64,000 nt of DNA from an uncultured Tenacibaculum sp. (GCF_947504135.1 NZ_CANNGG010000006.1:43927-107926), one strand, 5' to 3'. Shown: positions 40,882 to 51,362, counted from the stretch's first letter. A program made the numbers and translations. The notes: generated by a model not told the origin, from the sequence alone.

Positions 40882-42207
40882 ATGAGGAAACTTGCACTAC
40901 ACTGGCAAATTTTAATAGGAATGATTTTGGGTATTTTATTTGGTTTGGCGATGACTTTTGTTGAAGGAGGAGCGTCATTTGTAGCTGACTGGGTAAAGCC
41001 TTTAGGAACTATTTTTGTAAAATTATTAAAGTTAATAGCAGTACCACTCATTATTGCCTCTCTGATAAAAGGGATATCTGATTTAAAAGATATTTCTAAA
41101 TTTAAAAATATAGGTTTACGCACCATACTAATTTACATAGGTACTACAATAATAGCTATAACAGTAGGGTTAGTATTGGTTAATGTTGTGCAGCCTGGAG
41201 ACGGAATTTCAGAAGATACCATAGCCAAACTAACAGCCGATTATGCAAATAGTGAAGGAGTACAAGCTAAAATAGCAGAAGCTAGTAAACAAAAAGAAAG
41301 CGGGCCACTTCAATTTTTAGAAGATATGGTTCCTGATAATGCTATGCAGGCGATGAGTAATAACAAAGCAATGTTACAAGTAATTTTCTTTACTATTTTC
41401 TTAGGAATATCAATGTTATTAGTAGGAGAGAAAAATGCAAAACCATTAAAAAACTTCTTTGATTCGTTAAATGAAGTGGTGCTAAAAATGGTGGATTTAA
41501 TCATGTTAACTGCTCCTTATGCAGTATTTGCATTGTTAGCAAATGTTGTGGTTTCTTCTAATGATCCAGATTTATTATTAGCATTGTTAAAATATGGATT
41601 AACAGTTATAGGAGGATTGTTGTTAATGGTAGCATTTTATATGCTTTTAATAAGTGTGTTTACCAAGAAGAATCCTTTGTGGTTTTTACAACAAATTAGT
41701 CCAGCACAATTATTAGCATTTTCAACAAGTTCAAGTGCTGCAACGTTACCTGTTACAATGGAAAGAGTAGAGGAGCATATTGGAGTAGATAAAGAAGTAT
41801 CAAGTTTTGTGTTACCAGTAGGAGCTACTATTAATATGGATGGTACTAGTTTATATCAAGCTGTAGCTGCTGTATTTATATCACAAGCTTTAGGTTTCGA
41901 TTTAACCTTTGGAGATCAATTGACAATTATTTTAACAGCTTTACTAGCTTCAATAGGTTCAGCAGCTGTACCAGGAGCAGGAATGGTAATGTTAGTAATC
42001 GTATTAGAGTCAGTTGGTTTTCCAGCAGATAAATTAGCCATAGGTTTAGCATTAATTTTTGCAGTTGATAGACCATTAGATATGTGTAGAACAGTTATTA
42101 ATGTAACAGGTGATGCAACGGTGTCTACTTTAGTAGCGAAATCTGTAGGTAAGTTAGGAAAGCCACACCCACATGAATGGGATGAACATTATGATGAAGT
42201 AAAATAA
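40882..42207 (+). CDS. Dicarboxylate/amino acid:cation symporter (GltP/DAACS)
   Basis: AFSTSSSAATLP, LPVGATINMDGTSLY, AVDRPLDMCRTVINVTGD; ATG at 40882 preferred. Confidence 0.94.
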   Translation: MRKLALHWQILIGMILGILFGLAMTFVEGGASFVADWVKPLGTIFVKLLKLIAVPLIIASLIKGISDLKDISKFKNIGLRTILIYIGTTIIAITVGLVLVNVVQPGDGISEDTIAKLTADYANSEGVQAKIAEASKQKESGPLQFLEDMVPDNAMQAMSNNKAMLQVIFFTIFLGISMLLVGEKNAKPLKNFFDSLNEVVLKMVDLIMLTAPYAVFALLANVVVSSNDPDLLLALLKYGLTVIGGLLLMVAFYMLLISVFTKKNPLWFLQQISPAQLLAFSTSSSAATLPVTMERVEEHIGVDKEVSSFVLPVGATINMDGTSLYQAVAAVFISQALGFDLTFGDQLTIILTALLASIGSAAVPGAGMVMLVIVLESVGFPADKLAIGLALIFAVDRPLDMCRTVINVTGDATVSTLVAKSVGKLGKPHPHEWDEHYDEVK

Positions 42208-42213
42208 ACTTGT

Positions 42214-43050
42214 ATGCTTACAGTAAAATCACCTATAGTTTCTGTTGATTGGTTGCACGATAATTTAAGTGCAGATAACTTAATAGTTCTTGATGCAACT
42301 ATTCAGAAAGTAGGAGTCAAAACAGATGATAAAAAAGAAAAACAGCAGATTAAAAATGCTGTTTTCTTTGATTTAAAGAGTGTCTTTTTAGATGTTGAAG
42401 CAGAATATCCTAACACAATTCCGTCAGAAAAATATTTTGAAACTGAAGTTCAGAAATTAGGAATAAACAATGATAGCTGTATTGTTGTTTATGATGATTT
42501 AGGAGTATACTCATCTCCTAGAGTTTGGTGGTTGTTTAAAGTGTTTGGTTTTGAAAATGTCGCAGTTTTAAACGGAGGTTTACCTGCTTGGAAAGACGCT
42601 GGTTATACAGTTGAGTCTAAAAAAGAAAGAGAATTCTTAACAGGGAACTTCAAAGCTAACCTTAATAAGGGTAAAATAAGTGTTACAGAGGAAGTATTAA
42701 AAGCTTCTCTTGATAATAAAGTTATATTAGACGCTCGTTCAAAAGGAAGGTTTTATGCTACAGAGCCAGAACCAAGAAAAGATTTAAGAGGAGGTCATAT
42801 TCCAAATTCTAAAAGCTTACCTTATGCAGAATTGCAATTAAATGGTAAGATGAAATCGAAAGAAGAGCTTCAGAAAATATTTTCAGATATGAACCCGAAT
42901 AAAGAAGAAATGATTTTTTCTTGTGGTTCAGGAATTACAGCATGTATACTTGCATTAGGAGCTGAAGATGCAGGAAAAACTAACTACAGTGTATATGATG
43001 GTTCTTGGACAGAGTGGGCTAGTAGACTAGAATTGCCTATTGAAAAATAA
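42214..43050 (+). CDS. Sulfurtransferase (rhodanese / 3-mercaptopyruvate sulfurtransferase type)
   Basis: SPRVWW, VLNGGLPAW, GGHIPNS, FSCGSGITAC, YDGSWTEW. Confidence 0.93.
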   Translation: MLTVKSPIVSVDWLHDNLSADNLIVLDATIQKVGVKTDDKKEKQQIKNAVFFDLKSVFLDVEAEYPNTIPSEKYFETEVQKLGINNDSCIVVYDDLGVYSSPRVWWLFKVFGFENVAVLNGGLPAWKDAGYTVESKKEREFLTGNFKANLNKGKISVTEEVLKASLDNKVILDARSKGRFYATEPEPRKDLRGGHIPNSKSLPYAELQLNGKMKSKEELQKIFSDMNPNKEEMIFSCGSGITACILALGAEDAGKTNYSVYDGSWTEWASRLELPIEK

Positions 43051-43057
43051 TAAAAAT

Positions 43058-43085
43058 AAAAAGCCCCTAATCAGAGGCTTTTTTT
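43058..43085. terminator. Bidirectional intrinsic terminator
   Basis: AAAAAGCCCCT...AGAGGCTTTTTTT between convergent genes. Confidence 0.75.
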
Positions 43086-43086
43086 A

Positions 43087-43599
43087 TTATATCAATTTCT
43101 TTACTTCTTGTTTTAAAAAGGAAATAGCTGTGTTTGCTGGACTTTCTTGTTGAGAATAGTCAATTAATACATTTTCACGTAAATCTTTAGCTGTTTCAGA
43201 ACCTTCTGCTGTAGAACGAAGCTTCGCAATGATAGCTAATTTAGCGGCAGTAACAGCCTTCCAGCTATCATCAGAAATGTATAATTGCTGTACTAAATTA
43301 TGTTCAAACTCTTGTTCTATGTTACCAATTAAAAGTTGTAGATAATTATCAGTATCATCTCCAATTGGATTAACTCTTAACAATAATTTAGAAGGGTTGA
43401 TACGCTCACAAAATAATAACATACGTTCATAAGCTTGTAGTTTTGTAGGTAAACTTTCACGCTTTTTCTCAACTAAAGCGTTAAACGCTTTTTCTTTATT
43501 GTCTTGTTCAATAAAGCGGCCTAAAATTAAGTAAGCTACGCCGCCAGTTACTAGTGCTGGTAGGGCATAAGCAAGCCCTTCAATAATTTTATCTTCCAT
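43087..43599 (-). CDS. Conserved Bacteroidota hypothetical membrane-anchored protein
   Basis: N-terminal TM; LQAYERMLLFCERI, EQEFEHNLVQQLYIS. Confidence 0.8.
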   Translation of the reverse strand: MEDKIIEGLAYALPALVTGGVAYLILGRFIEQDNKEKAFNALVEKKRESLPTKLQAYERMLLFCERINPSKLLLRVNPIGDDTDNYLQLLIGNIEQEFEHNLVQQLYISDDSWKAVTAAKLAIIAKLRSTAEGSETAKDLRENVLIDYSQQESPANTAISFLKQEVKKLI

Positions 43600-44302
43600 A
43601 ATGCGAATATACGAGTCCTGTTAAAATTGCCAATCCAAAACTTAGTAAAGTTCCAATCAGTACATATTCAGTAAGTTTTCTGTCTTTTGATGCTGTTAAA
43701 TCTCCAAATCTAAATATAGATTTTGCTGCGAGTAAAAACCCAACACCAGCCCATTGGTTAATTGCAATAAAAACGAAAATTAATATACGTTCTAAAAAAC
43801 CAATATACTTACCTGCATTGGCTAACGATTGTTCTGTTGATTTATTACCTTTTTCTGGATTCCATTTAGAAATTAATGTATTTATGATAATAGACGAAGT
43901 ATAAGTAACAAAAATTAAACAAGCAAAAAGTAATAAGCTTTGCTTAGTTAAAATAGTATCGATATTAATTTTAAAAGGAGAATAAATGTATGTAGCAAGT
44001 CCTAAAATGAATATATGTAAAGCTTGGTCTAAAAAGAAGAATAAACGTTTGTTCTTTTTCTTTTGAAAATATAGTTTCCCAAGATCAATTAAATAATGAG
44101 AAATAATTACAAGTAAAAAAACACTCCAGTATGTAGAATTGACTTGTAATAATAATAGTAATAAAATAGCATGAACACCAATGTGAGCATAGAGTTTAAT
44201 AGATTTTATTTTCTTTTTCTCCTTGTTTTTTACCCAGTTTTTAGGTTGAAACACAAAATCACCTAATAAATGAGCAACGAGTAGTTTTAAGAAGAGTATC
44301 AT
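43589..44302 (-). CDS. DUF3307 family membrane protein (SatE-like)
   Basis: VAHLLGDFVFQP, SHYLID, DQALH, AGKYIGFLER, AAKSIFRF, EYVLIGTLLS. Confidence 0.9.
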   Translation of the reverse strand: MILFLKLLVAHLLGDFVFQPKNWVKNKEKKKIKSIKLYAHIGVHAILLLLLLQVNSTYWSVFLLVIISHYLIDLGKLYFQKKKNKRLFFFLDQALHIFILGLATYIYSPFKINIDTILTKQSLLLFACLIFVTYTSSIIINTLISKWNPEKGNKSTEQSLANAGKYIGFLERILIFVFIAINQWAGVGFLLAAKSIFRFGDLTASKDRKLTEYVLIGTLLSFGLAILTGLVYSHYGR

Positions 44303-44916
44303 AGGTTAGTTAGTTTCTGATTCATAAGTTTTCTATAACGTTTTTCTAGCTTCATAATTTCATCAAACCCAGAACGTTTTCTTCGTTCACTAGCGCTACT
44401 TTCTGAAATAGCTAGCTTTTTTGCAATTACTTTTTGAGTACATTCAGGATTTTGTAGAGACATATTCACAAAAGCAGCTGAGTTGGTTGTCCAATTGTCC
44501 ATTATTAATAAACTTAAGTTTATAGAAACTTCAAACTCGTCGTTAATATCTTCCCAAGGAGTTTTCAAAGCTAAATTTTGCTTTTTAAGTAAATAATCAA
44601 AAGCATACCCAGAATTTATAAAAGCTTCACCGTTGGCTTCGGTAATTTTTTCTGTATCAAAACTTTTATTACCGATACCAATAGCTAAACGAATGTCTAA
44701 ATCTTTTATTTTTTTAATAGTAGATTTTAGCTTAAAAGTAAAAAGAAGAGCTTCTGCAATATTTTCAATTTCAATTTGAAAACTGTCTCCACGAAAAAGC
44801 TCCCACGTTTTTGGTGTTTTCCCTACAGTATTGAAGGATTCTTTCAGTACAGGAAGCCATGTTTCAGCAGAAACACCTCTAGAGTTTATAATATCACCAG
44901 TAATTACACTTGTCAT
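44299..44916 (-). CDS. SatD family protein with C-terminal HTH
   Basis: VITGDIINSR, FRGDSFQ, IRLAIGIG, NGEAF; TQKVIAKKLAISESSASER HTH. Confidence 0.88.
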   Translation of the reverse strand: MTSVITGDIINSRGVSAETWLPVLKESFNTVGKTPKTWELFRGDSFQIEIENIAEALLFTFKLKSTIKKIKDLDIRLAIGIGNKSFDTEKITEANGEAFINSGYAFDYLLKKQNLALKTPWEDINDEFEVSINLSLLIMDNWTTNSAAFVNMSLQNPECTQKVIAKKLAISESSASERRKRSGFDEIMKLEKRYRKLMNQKLTNL

Positions 44917-44965
44917 GTATTCAATTTTTAGTAAAAATAGCTTTTCAAATTGAAAACTCCAAATA

Positions 44966-45041
44966 ATTCGGGTTTTAAAACGAATGTTTTAAAATAAGGG
45001 TTATAAGGCGAATCTATGTTAATTCGGATTTTAACATGAAT
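44966..45041. promoter_or_regulatory. Three 20-bp operator-like repeats with a 28-bp period upstream of satD
   Basis: ATTCGGGTTTTAAAACGAAT (44966), ATAAGGGTTATAAGGCGAAT (44994), ATTCGGATTTTAACATGAAT (45022). Confidence 0.75.
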
Positions 45042-45145
45042 TTATAACACTAAAAATTAGTGAATAAAAAAAAGGGTAGAATCTTTAAAAAACCTAAAAG
45101 ATTGGTTAATTTTCCATTTTTAAAATACTTTCAATTTAATTTCCA

Positions 45146-47476
45146 TTGAATACTTATTTAGAGCAACTTAACGAACCACAGAGAGCAGCTGTTTTACAAA
45201 AAGACGGCCCAATGATAATTATAGCAGGAGCAGGATCGGGTAAAACGAGAGTGCTGACTTATAAAATTGCTTATTTAATGGAGCAAGGTGTAGATGCTTT
45301 TAACATTTTGTCGTTAACATTTACCAACAAGGCTGCTCGTGAAATGAAAGATCGTATTGGTAAAGTAGTGGGGTATAGTGAAGCTAAAAACCTTTGGATG
45401 GGAACATTTCACTCAGTTTTTGCACGTATCTTACGTTCAGAGGCTGATCGATTAGGCTATCCGTCAAACTTCACCATTTACGATACACAAGATTCAGTTC
45501 GATTGATAACGGCGATTATCAAAGAAATGAATTTGGATAAAGATCGATACAAACCAAAACAAATTTTAAGCAGAATATCGTCTTTTAAAAACAGTTTAAT
45601 TACGGTTAGAGCGTATTTTAATAACTCTGATTTACAACAAGCCGATTTAGAAGCGAGTAGACCGAGAACAGGTGATATCTATAAAGAATATGTAGATAGA
45701 TGTTTTAAGTCTGGAGCGATGGATTTTGACGATTTATTATTGCGAACCAATGAATTATTAGCACGTTTTCCAGATGTGTTGGCAAAGTATCAAGATCGTT
45801 TCCGATATATTTTGGTAGATGAGTACCAAGATACCAACCATTCGCAGTATTTAATTGTACGTGCGTTGGCAGATCGCTTTCAGAATATTTGTGTAGTAGG
45901 AGATGATTCGCAAAGTATTTACGGATTCCGTGGAGCAAATATTCAAAATATCTTAAACTTCCAGAAGGATTATCCAGATGTAAAAACGTTCAAGTTAGAA
46001 CAAAATTACCGTTCAACAAGTAACATTGTTCGTGCTGCGAATAGTGTAATTGATAAGAATAAAACGAAGCTAGATAAAGAAATTTGGACAGCTAACGATG
46101 CAGGAGATAGTGTGAAGGTAATGCGTACAATTTCTGATGGAGAAGAAGGACGTTTCGTAGCACAATCTATTTGGGAAAACCAAATGAATCATCAGTTAAC
46201 AAGTGATCAATTTGCCATTCTATACCGTACCAACGCACAATCGAGAGCGATAGAAGATGCATTACGTAAAAAAGATATTAAGTATAAAATTTACGGAGGT
46301 ATTTCATTCTACCAACGTAAAGAAATTAAAGATTTACTATCGTATTTACGAATTTTAATCAACCCGAATGATGAGGAAGCATTAAAACGTATTATTAACT
46401 ACCCAGCAAGGGGGATTGGAGCTACAACGTTAGATAAATTAACAATTGCAGCGAATCATTACAAAAAATCGATGTTTGATATTTTAAAAAATATCAGTAC
46501 AGTAGATATTAATATAAACTCTGGAACCAAAACAAAGTTGCAGAATTTTGTAAACATGATTCAGCGTTTTCAAATTGAAGCGCAAAAAAAAAATGCTTTT
46601 GAAATTGCTGATTTGGTGGTAAAGCAAACTCAGCTAGTAAAAGATTTACAAAAAGATGGAACTCCAGAAGGCGTTAATAAGGTTGAAAACGTTCAAGAAC
46701 TTTTAAACGGAATAAAAGACTTTATTACCGATAAAATAGAAACAGGAGAAGACGCATCGTTAACTTCATTTTTAGAAGACGTCGCACTAGCTACTGATTT
46801 TGATTCCGATAAACAAGATGAAGAACCTAGAGTTTCTTTAATGACGATTCACTTATCCAAAGGGTTAGAGTTCCCTTACGTGTACATTGTAGGTTTAGAA
46901 GAAAGTTTATTCCCTTCAGCAATGAGTATGAATACTCGCAGTGAGTTAGAAGAAGAACGTCGTTTGTTTTATGTAGCGTTAACAAGAGCTGAAAAAGGAG
47001 CTTATTTAACTTATGCACAAACACGTTATCGTTGGGGAAAATTAACTGATGGTGAACCAAGTAGGTTTTTAGAAGAAATAGATGAGCAATATTTAGAGTA
47101 TTTAACGCCAAAAGTACCTGAACCATCAGTAAATAGGTTTATTGATGCTAGTTTATTTGAAGACGATTCACCAAAGAAAATACGTTTTCAAAAACCAATT
47201 CAAAAGAAAAGAAAAGAGTTCTTAGCGAAGAAGGAAAAAACAAATATGGTTCCTCCAAAAAGTAAAATGAAGAAGGTTTCAGAAATGAGCCCAAAAATGA
47301 ATTTGTTTGATGGAGAAATCACAGTAGGAAACGTAGTAGAGCATAACCGTTTTGGTACTGGAAAAGTAGTAGCTTTAGAAGGTAAAGGGCCCAATAAAAA
47401 AGCAGAAATAGAGTTTAGTACCGTAGGTAAAAAGAAATTATTGTTACAATTTGCAAAATTGAAAGTAATCGGGTAG
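45146..47476 (+). CDS. ATP-dependent DNA helicase UvrD/PcrA
   Basis: TTG start; AGAGSGKT, VDEYQDTN, VGDDSQSIY, LEQNYRS, EERRLFYVALTRA. Confidence 0.96.
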   Translation: MNTYLEQLNEPQRAAVLQKDGPMIIIAGAGSGKTRVLTYKIAYLMEQGVDAFNILSLTFTNKAAREMKDRIGKVVGYSEAKNLWMGTFHSVFARILRSEADRLGYPSNFTIYDTQDSVRLITAIIKEMNLDKDRYKPKQILSRISSFKNSLITVRAYFNNSDLQQADLEASRPRTGDIYKEYVDRCFKSGAMDFDDLLLRTNELLARFPDVLAKYQDRFRYILVDEYQDTNHSQYLIVRALADRFQNICVVGDDSQSIYGFRGANIQNILNFQKDYPDVKTFKLEQNYRSTSNIVRAANSVIDKNKTKLDKEIWTANDAGDSVKVMRTISDGEEGRFVAQSIWENQMNHQLTSDQFAILYRTNAQSRAIEDALRKKDIKYKIYGGISFYQRKEIKDLLSYLRILINPNDEEALKRIINYPARGIGATTLDKLTIAANHYKKSMFDILKNISTVDININSGTKTKLQNFVNMIQRFQIEAQKKNAFEIADLVVKQTQLVKDLQKDGTPEGVNKVENVQELLNGIKDFITDKIETGEDASLTSFLEDVALATDFDSDKQDEEPRVSLMTIHLSKGLEFPYVYIVGLEESLFPSAMSMNTRSELEEERRLFYVALTRAEKGAYLTYAQTRYRWGKLTDGEPSRFLEEIDEQYLEYLTPKVPEPSVNRFIDASLFEDDSPKKIRFQKPIQKKRKEFLAKKEKTNMVPPKSKMKKVSEMSPKMNLFDGEITVGNVVEHNRFGTGKVVALEGKGPNKKAEIEFSTVGKKKLLLQFAKLKVIG

Positions 47477-47522
47477 TTAATTCATAATAATTACCTATTT
47501 TGCATAGATAAAATATAGAGAA

Positions 47523-48155
47523 ATGACGTTTGATTTAGAATACAATTCGAAAAGATCCAAATTAATTATCCCAGAATATGGGAGGCATATACAAAAGCTA
47601 GTAAATCATTGTATCGCTTTAGAAGATAAAGAAGAACGAAATACAATGGCTAAAGCTATTATTGATGTAATGGGTAATTTACAACCTCACTTACGTGATG
47701 TGCCTGATTTTAAGCATAAACTTTGGGATCAGTTACATATAATGGCAGATTTTCAGTTAGATGTTGATTCTCCTTACGAAACACCTTCAAAGGAAGAGTT
47801 GCAAGAATCTCCTGAGCGATTGCCATATCCAAAATCAGCATCAAAGTATCGTTTTTATGGTACAAATATTCAAACCATGATTGATGTTGCTTTAACATGG
47901 GAAGAGGGAGATATGAAAGAAGCTTTGGTATTCACCATTGCTAATCATATGAAAAAATGCTATTTAAACTGGAACAAAGACACAGTTGAAGACAGTGTTA
48001 TTTTCGATCATTTATATGAGTTGTCTGAAGGAAAAATAGATATTCGAGGTATTGATGAGGACTTAACAGATAGCAAAAGCCTGTTAAGAAAACGTAGCGG
48101 ACAAGGACAGCACAAATCAAAAGGAAAAACAAATACTAAATACAGAAAAAAGTAA
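47523..48155 (+). CDS. DUF4290 domain protein
   Basis: LEYNSKRSKLIIPEYGRHIQ, HKLWDQL, IANHMKK; adjacent to murA. Confidence 0.88.
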   Translation: MTFDLEYNSKRSKLIIPEYGRHIQKLVNHCIALEDKEERNTMAKAIIDVMGNLQPHLRDVPDFKHKLWDQLHIMADFQLDVDSPYETPSKEELQESPERLPYPKSASKYRFYGTNIQTMIDVALTWEEGDMKEALVFTIANHMKKCYLNWNKDTVEDSVIFDHLYELSEGKIDIRGIDEDLTDSKSLLRKRSGQGQHKSKGKTNTKYRKK

Positions 48156-49475
48156 ATGGCATCATTTAAAATAGAAGGAGGTCACAAATTAAAAGGAACA
48201 ATAACACCACAAGGAGCAAAAAATGAAGCATTACAGGTAATATGTGCGGTGTTGTTAACGTCAGAAAAAGTAATTATAAACAATGTTCCTGATATTATTG
48301 ATGTTAATAAACTGATTTTTATTTTAGGAGAATTAGGAGTTAAAATAGAAAAATTATCTAAAAACTCATATAGTTTTCAAGCAGACGATATCAATTTAAA
48401 ATATCTAGAGTCACCCGAATTTAAAAGAGATGGAAGCTCTTTAAGGGGGTCTATTATGATTGTTGGTCCGTTATTGGCTCGTTTTGGAAAAGGATATATA
48501 CCACGACCAGGAGGCGATAAAATTGGACGTCGTCGTCTAGATACTCACTTTGAAGGATTCATCAATTTAGGAGCAAAATTCCGATATAATCGTGAAGAAT
48601 ATTTCTACGGGGTTGAAACAGAAACAGGGTTAGTAGGAGCAGAAATGTTGTTAGATGAAGCTTCTGTAACGGGTACTGCAAATATTATTATGGCTGCGGT
48701 TTTAGCTAAGGGAACCACAACTATTTATAACGCTGCATGTGAACCTTATATTCAACAATTATCAAAAATGTTGAACTCTATGGGAGCGAAAATATCAGGA
48801 GTAGGATCTAACTTGTTAACTATTGAAGGAGTAGAGTCTTTAGGAGGTTGTGAGCATACCATTTTACCAGACATGATTGAAATTGGAAGTTGGATAGGTA
48901 TGGCTGCTATGACACGTTCTGAATTAACTATTAAAGATGTTAGTTGGGATGATTTAGGACAAATACCTAATGTGTTTAGAAAGTTGGGAATTCAACTAGA
49001 AAAAAGAGGAGATGATATTTTTATTCCTGAGCAAGAAAGCTATGAAATCCAAAGTTATATTGATGGTTCGGTATTAACTGTTGCTGATGCACCTTGGCCA
49101 GGGTTTACACCAGATTTGTTAAGTATAGTTTTAGTAGTAGCTACTCAAGCAAAAGGAACAGTGTTAATCCATCAAAAAATGTTTGAAAGCCGTTTGTTCT
49201 TTGTCGATAAATTAATTGATATGGGGGCAAAAGTAATTTTATGTGATCCACATAGAGCTACGGTAATTGGTCACGATTTCAAATCGCAATTAAAGGCTAC
49301 AAAAATGACTTCACCAGATATTCGTGCGGGTATTTCTTTATTGATAGCAGCACTTTCTGCTAAAGGAACGAGTATCATCGATAATATTGAACAAATTGAT
49401 AGAGGCTATGAAGATATTGAAGCTCGTTTAAAATCTATCGGAGCAAAAATTGAAAGAATTGAAAATAAACACTAA
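48156..49475 (+). CDS. murA: UDP-N-acetylglucosamine 1-carboxyvinyltransferase
   Basis: GAKNEAL, PGGDKIGRR (Cys>Asp active-site variant), SVTGT, PWPGF, PDIRAG, IDRGY. Confidence 0.96.
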   Translation: MASFKIEGGHKLKGTITPQGAKNEALQVICAVLLTSEKVIINNVPDIIDVNKLIFILGELGVKIEKLSKNSYSFQADDINLKYLESPEFKRDGSSLRGSIMIVGPLLARFGKGYIPRPGGDKIGRRRLDTHFEGFINLGAKFRYNREEYFYGVETETGLVGAEMLLDEASVTGTANIIMAAVLAKGTTTIYNAACEPYIQQLSKMLNSMGAKISGVGSNLLTIEGVESLGGCEHTILPDMIEIGSWIGMAAMTRSELTIKDVSWDDLGQIPNVFRKLGIQLEKRGDDIFIPEQESYEIQSYIDGSVLTVADAPWPGFTPDLLSIVLVVATQAKGTVLIHQKMFESRLFFVDKLIDMGAKVILCDPHRATVIGHDFKSQLKATKMTSPDIRAGISLLIAALSAKGTSIIDNIEQIDRGYEDIEARLKSIGAKIERIENKH

Positions 49476-49510
49476 TTAGCAAATTAGCGGATTAGGTAAA
49501 ATTATAGATT

Positions 49511-49540
49511 AAAAATCGTGTCAAGTTGACACGATTTTTT
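49511..49540 (+). terminator. Intrinsic terminator after murA
   Basis: AAAAATCGTGTCAA-G-TTGACACGATTTTT. Confidence 0.85.
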
Positions 49541-49594
49541 TATTGGCAACATTCTTGTTAATCAAAAGAGAGAAAATAAAAGAAACTATTTACA

Positions 49595-50155
49595 ATGAGT
49601 AAAGATCAATATACAAAAGAAGACGAAATTAATGACGCTGTAAAAAGTGGGGAATTAGGGGGAGATCAAGAAGAAACTCAAGAAAATAAGGAGGTTGAGT
49701 CAAAAGAAGCGCCTACTGCTGAAGAGTTAATTCAAGCAGAAAAAGACAAATACTTACGTTTGTTTGCAGAGTTTGAAAACTATAAAAAACGTACTACTAA
49801 AGAACGTGTCGAGCTTTTTAAAACTGCAAGTCAAGAATTAATGACAGCTTTACTGCCAATTATGGATGATTTTGATAGAGGTTTGGCAGAAATTAAAAAG
49901 TCTGAAGATTCTGAGTTATTAAAAGGAATGGAGCTTATTAATAACAAGTTTAAAAGCACTTTAACACAAAAAGGATTAGTAGAGATAGAGGTAAAGCCAG
50001 GAGATGATTTCGATGCTGAAATTCATGATGCAATTACACAAATACCTGCTCCAACAGAAGATTTAAAAGGAAAAATCATCGATTGTGTAGAGAAAGGATA
50101 CAAATTAGGAGATAAAATTATTCGCCACCCTAAAGTAGTAATGGGGCAAGCGTAA
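49595..50155 (+). CDS. grpE: Nucleotide exchange factor GrpE
   Basis: YLRLFAEFENYKKR, LLPIMDDFDR, KGYKLGDKIIRHPKVV. Confidence 0.96.
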   Translation: MSKDQYTKEDEINDAVKSGELGGDQEETQENKEVESKEAPTAEELIQAEKDKYLRLFAEFENYKKRTTKERVELFKTASQELMTALLPIMDDFDRGLAEIKKSEDSELLKGMELINNKFKSTLTQKGLVEIEVKPGDDFDAEIHDAITQIPAPTEDLKGKIIDCVEKGYKLGDKIIRHPKVVMGQA

Positions 50156-50237
50156 ACGGTTATCATAAGTAGTTTGATAATAGTTTAATTTAAGTTGTTA
50201 GTAAAAAACTAATGACTAAAGACTAATAACTAATAGA

Positions 50238-51362
50238 ATGGCAAAACAAGATTATTACGAAATATTAGGAATATCAAAATCGGCATCGCAAGCTGAAATA
50301 AAAAAAGCCTATCGAAAGATGGCCATTAAGTATCATCCAGATAAAAATCCGGATGATAAAGATGCTGAAGAAAAATTCAAGTTAGCTGCTGAGGCGTATG
50401 AAATATTAAGTGATGAGAACAAGAAAGCTCGTTACGATCAATATGGTCATGCTGCTTTTGAAGGAGGTCATGGAGGCTTCGGTGGTGGCGGAATGAATAT
50501 GGATGACATTTTTAGCCAATTTGGAGATATTTTTGGAGGAGCTTTCGGTGGTGGTTTCGGAGGTTTTGGTGGCGGTGGTCATCGTCAAGCACGAGTAAAA
50601 GGTAGTAACTTGCGTATTCGTGTAAAACTTACCTTAGAAGAAATTGCCAAAGGAGTAGAGAAAAAAGTAAAAGTTCGTAGAAAAGTTCAAGCCGAAGGAG
50701 TAACGTACAAAACTTGTTCAACCTGTAATGGTACAGGGCAGCAAATGCGTGTTACCAATACCATTTTAGGTAGAATGCAAACAGCTACTACCTGTGGTAC
50801 TTGTCAAGGTGCAGGAGAAATGTTAGATAAGAAACCTAGTGGTGCAGATGCTCAAGGTATGATCGTAAAAGAAGAAACCGTTTCTATCAACATTCCTGAA
50901 GGAGTTACCGAAGGAGTTCAATTAAAAGTAGGAGGAAAAGGTAACGAAGCTCCTGGTAAGAACTCAATTCCTGGTGATTTATTAGTATTAATTGAAGAAG
51001 TACCACATGATACTTTAAAGAGAGAAGGAAGTAATATACATTATGATTTATACATAAACTTCTCAGAAGCTGTTTTAGGAGCTTCTAAAGAAGTAGATAC
51101 AGTCACAGGAAAAGTTAAGATTAAAGTTGATGCAGGAACGCAATCAGGTAAGATTTTACGATTAAAAGGTAAAGGATTACCGAGTATTGAACGTTACGGG
51201 CATGGAGATTTCTTAATTCATATAAATGTGTGGACACCACAAGAATTAACAAAGAATCAACGTAAGTTTTTTGAGGAAATGCAAGAAGATGAGAACTTTA
51301 GCCCAAATCCTCAAAAGTCAGACAAGTCGTTCTTTGAAAAGGTTAAGGACATGTTTTCTTAA
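50238..51362 (+). CDS. dnaJ: Molecular chaperone DnaJ
   Basis: J domain with HPD, G/F-rich linker, two CxxCxGxG repeats. Confidence 0.97.
   Translation: MAKQDYYEILGISKSASQAEIKKAYRKMAIKYHPDKNPDDKDAEEKFKLAAEAYEILSDENKKARYDQYGHAAFEGGHGGFGGGGMNMDDIFSQFGDIFGGAFGGGFGGFGGGGHRQARVKGSNLRIRVKLTLEEIAKGVEKKVKVRRKVQAEGVTYKTCSTCNGTGQQMRVTNTILGRMQTATTCGTCQGAGEMLDKKPSGADAQGMIVKEETVSINIPEGVTEGVQLKVGGKGNEAPGKNSIPGDLLVLIEEVPHDTLKREGSNIHYDLYINFSEAVLGASKEVDTVTGKVKIKVDAGTQSGKILRLKGKGLPSIERYGHGDFLIHINVWTPQELTKNQRKFFEEMQEDENFSPNPQKSDKSFFEKVKDMFS

Noticed and set aside
44942-44956. Palindrome TTTTCAA-A-TTGAAAA as a fourth satD operator unit
   Set aside because: It does not match the ATTCG/CGAAT consensus or the 28-bp register; it may be chance or part of the promoter.
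48500-48540. MurA active-site Asp in place of Cys (PGGDKIGRR)
   Set aside because: This is a known natural variant linked to intrinsic fosfomycin resistance and is common in Bacteroidota; not novel.
50455-50580. GGT/GGA-rich low-complexity tract
   Set aside because: It is the normal G/F-rich linker of DnaJ.
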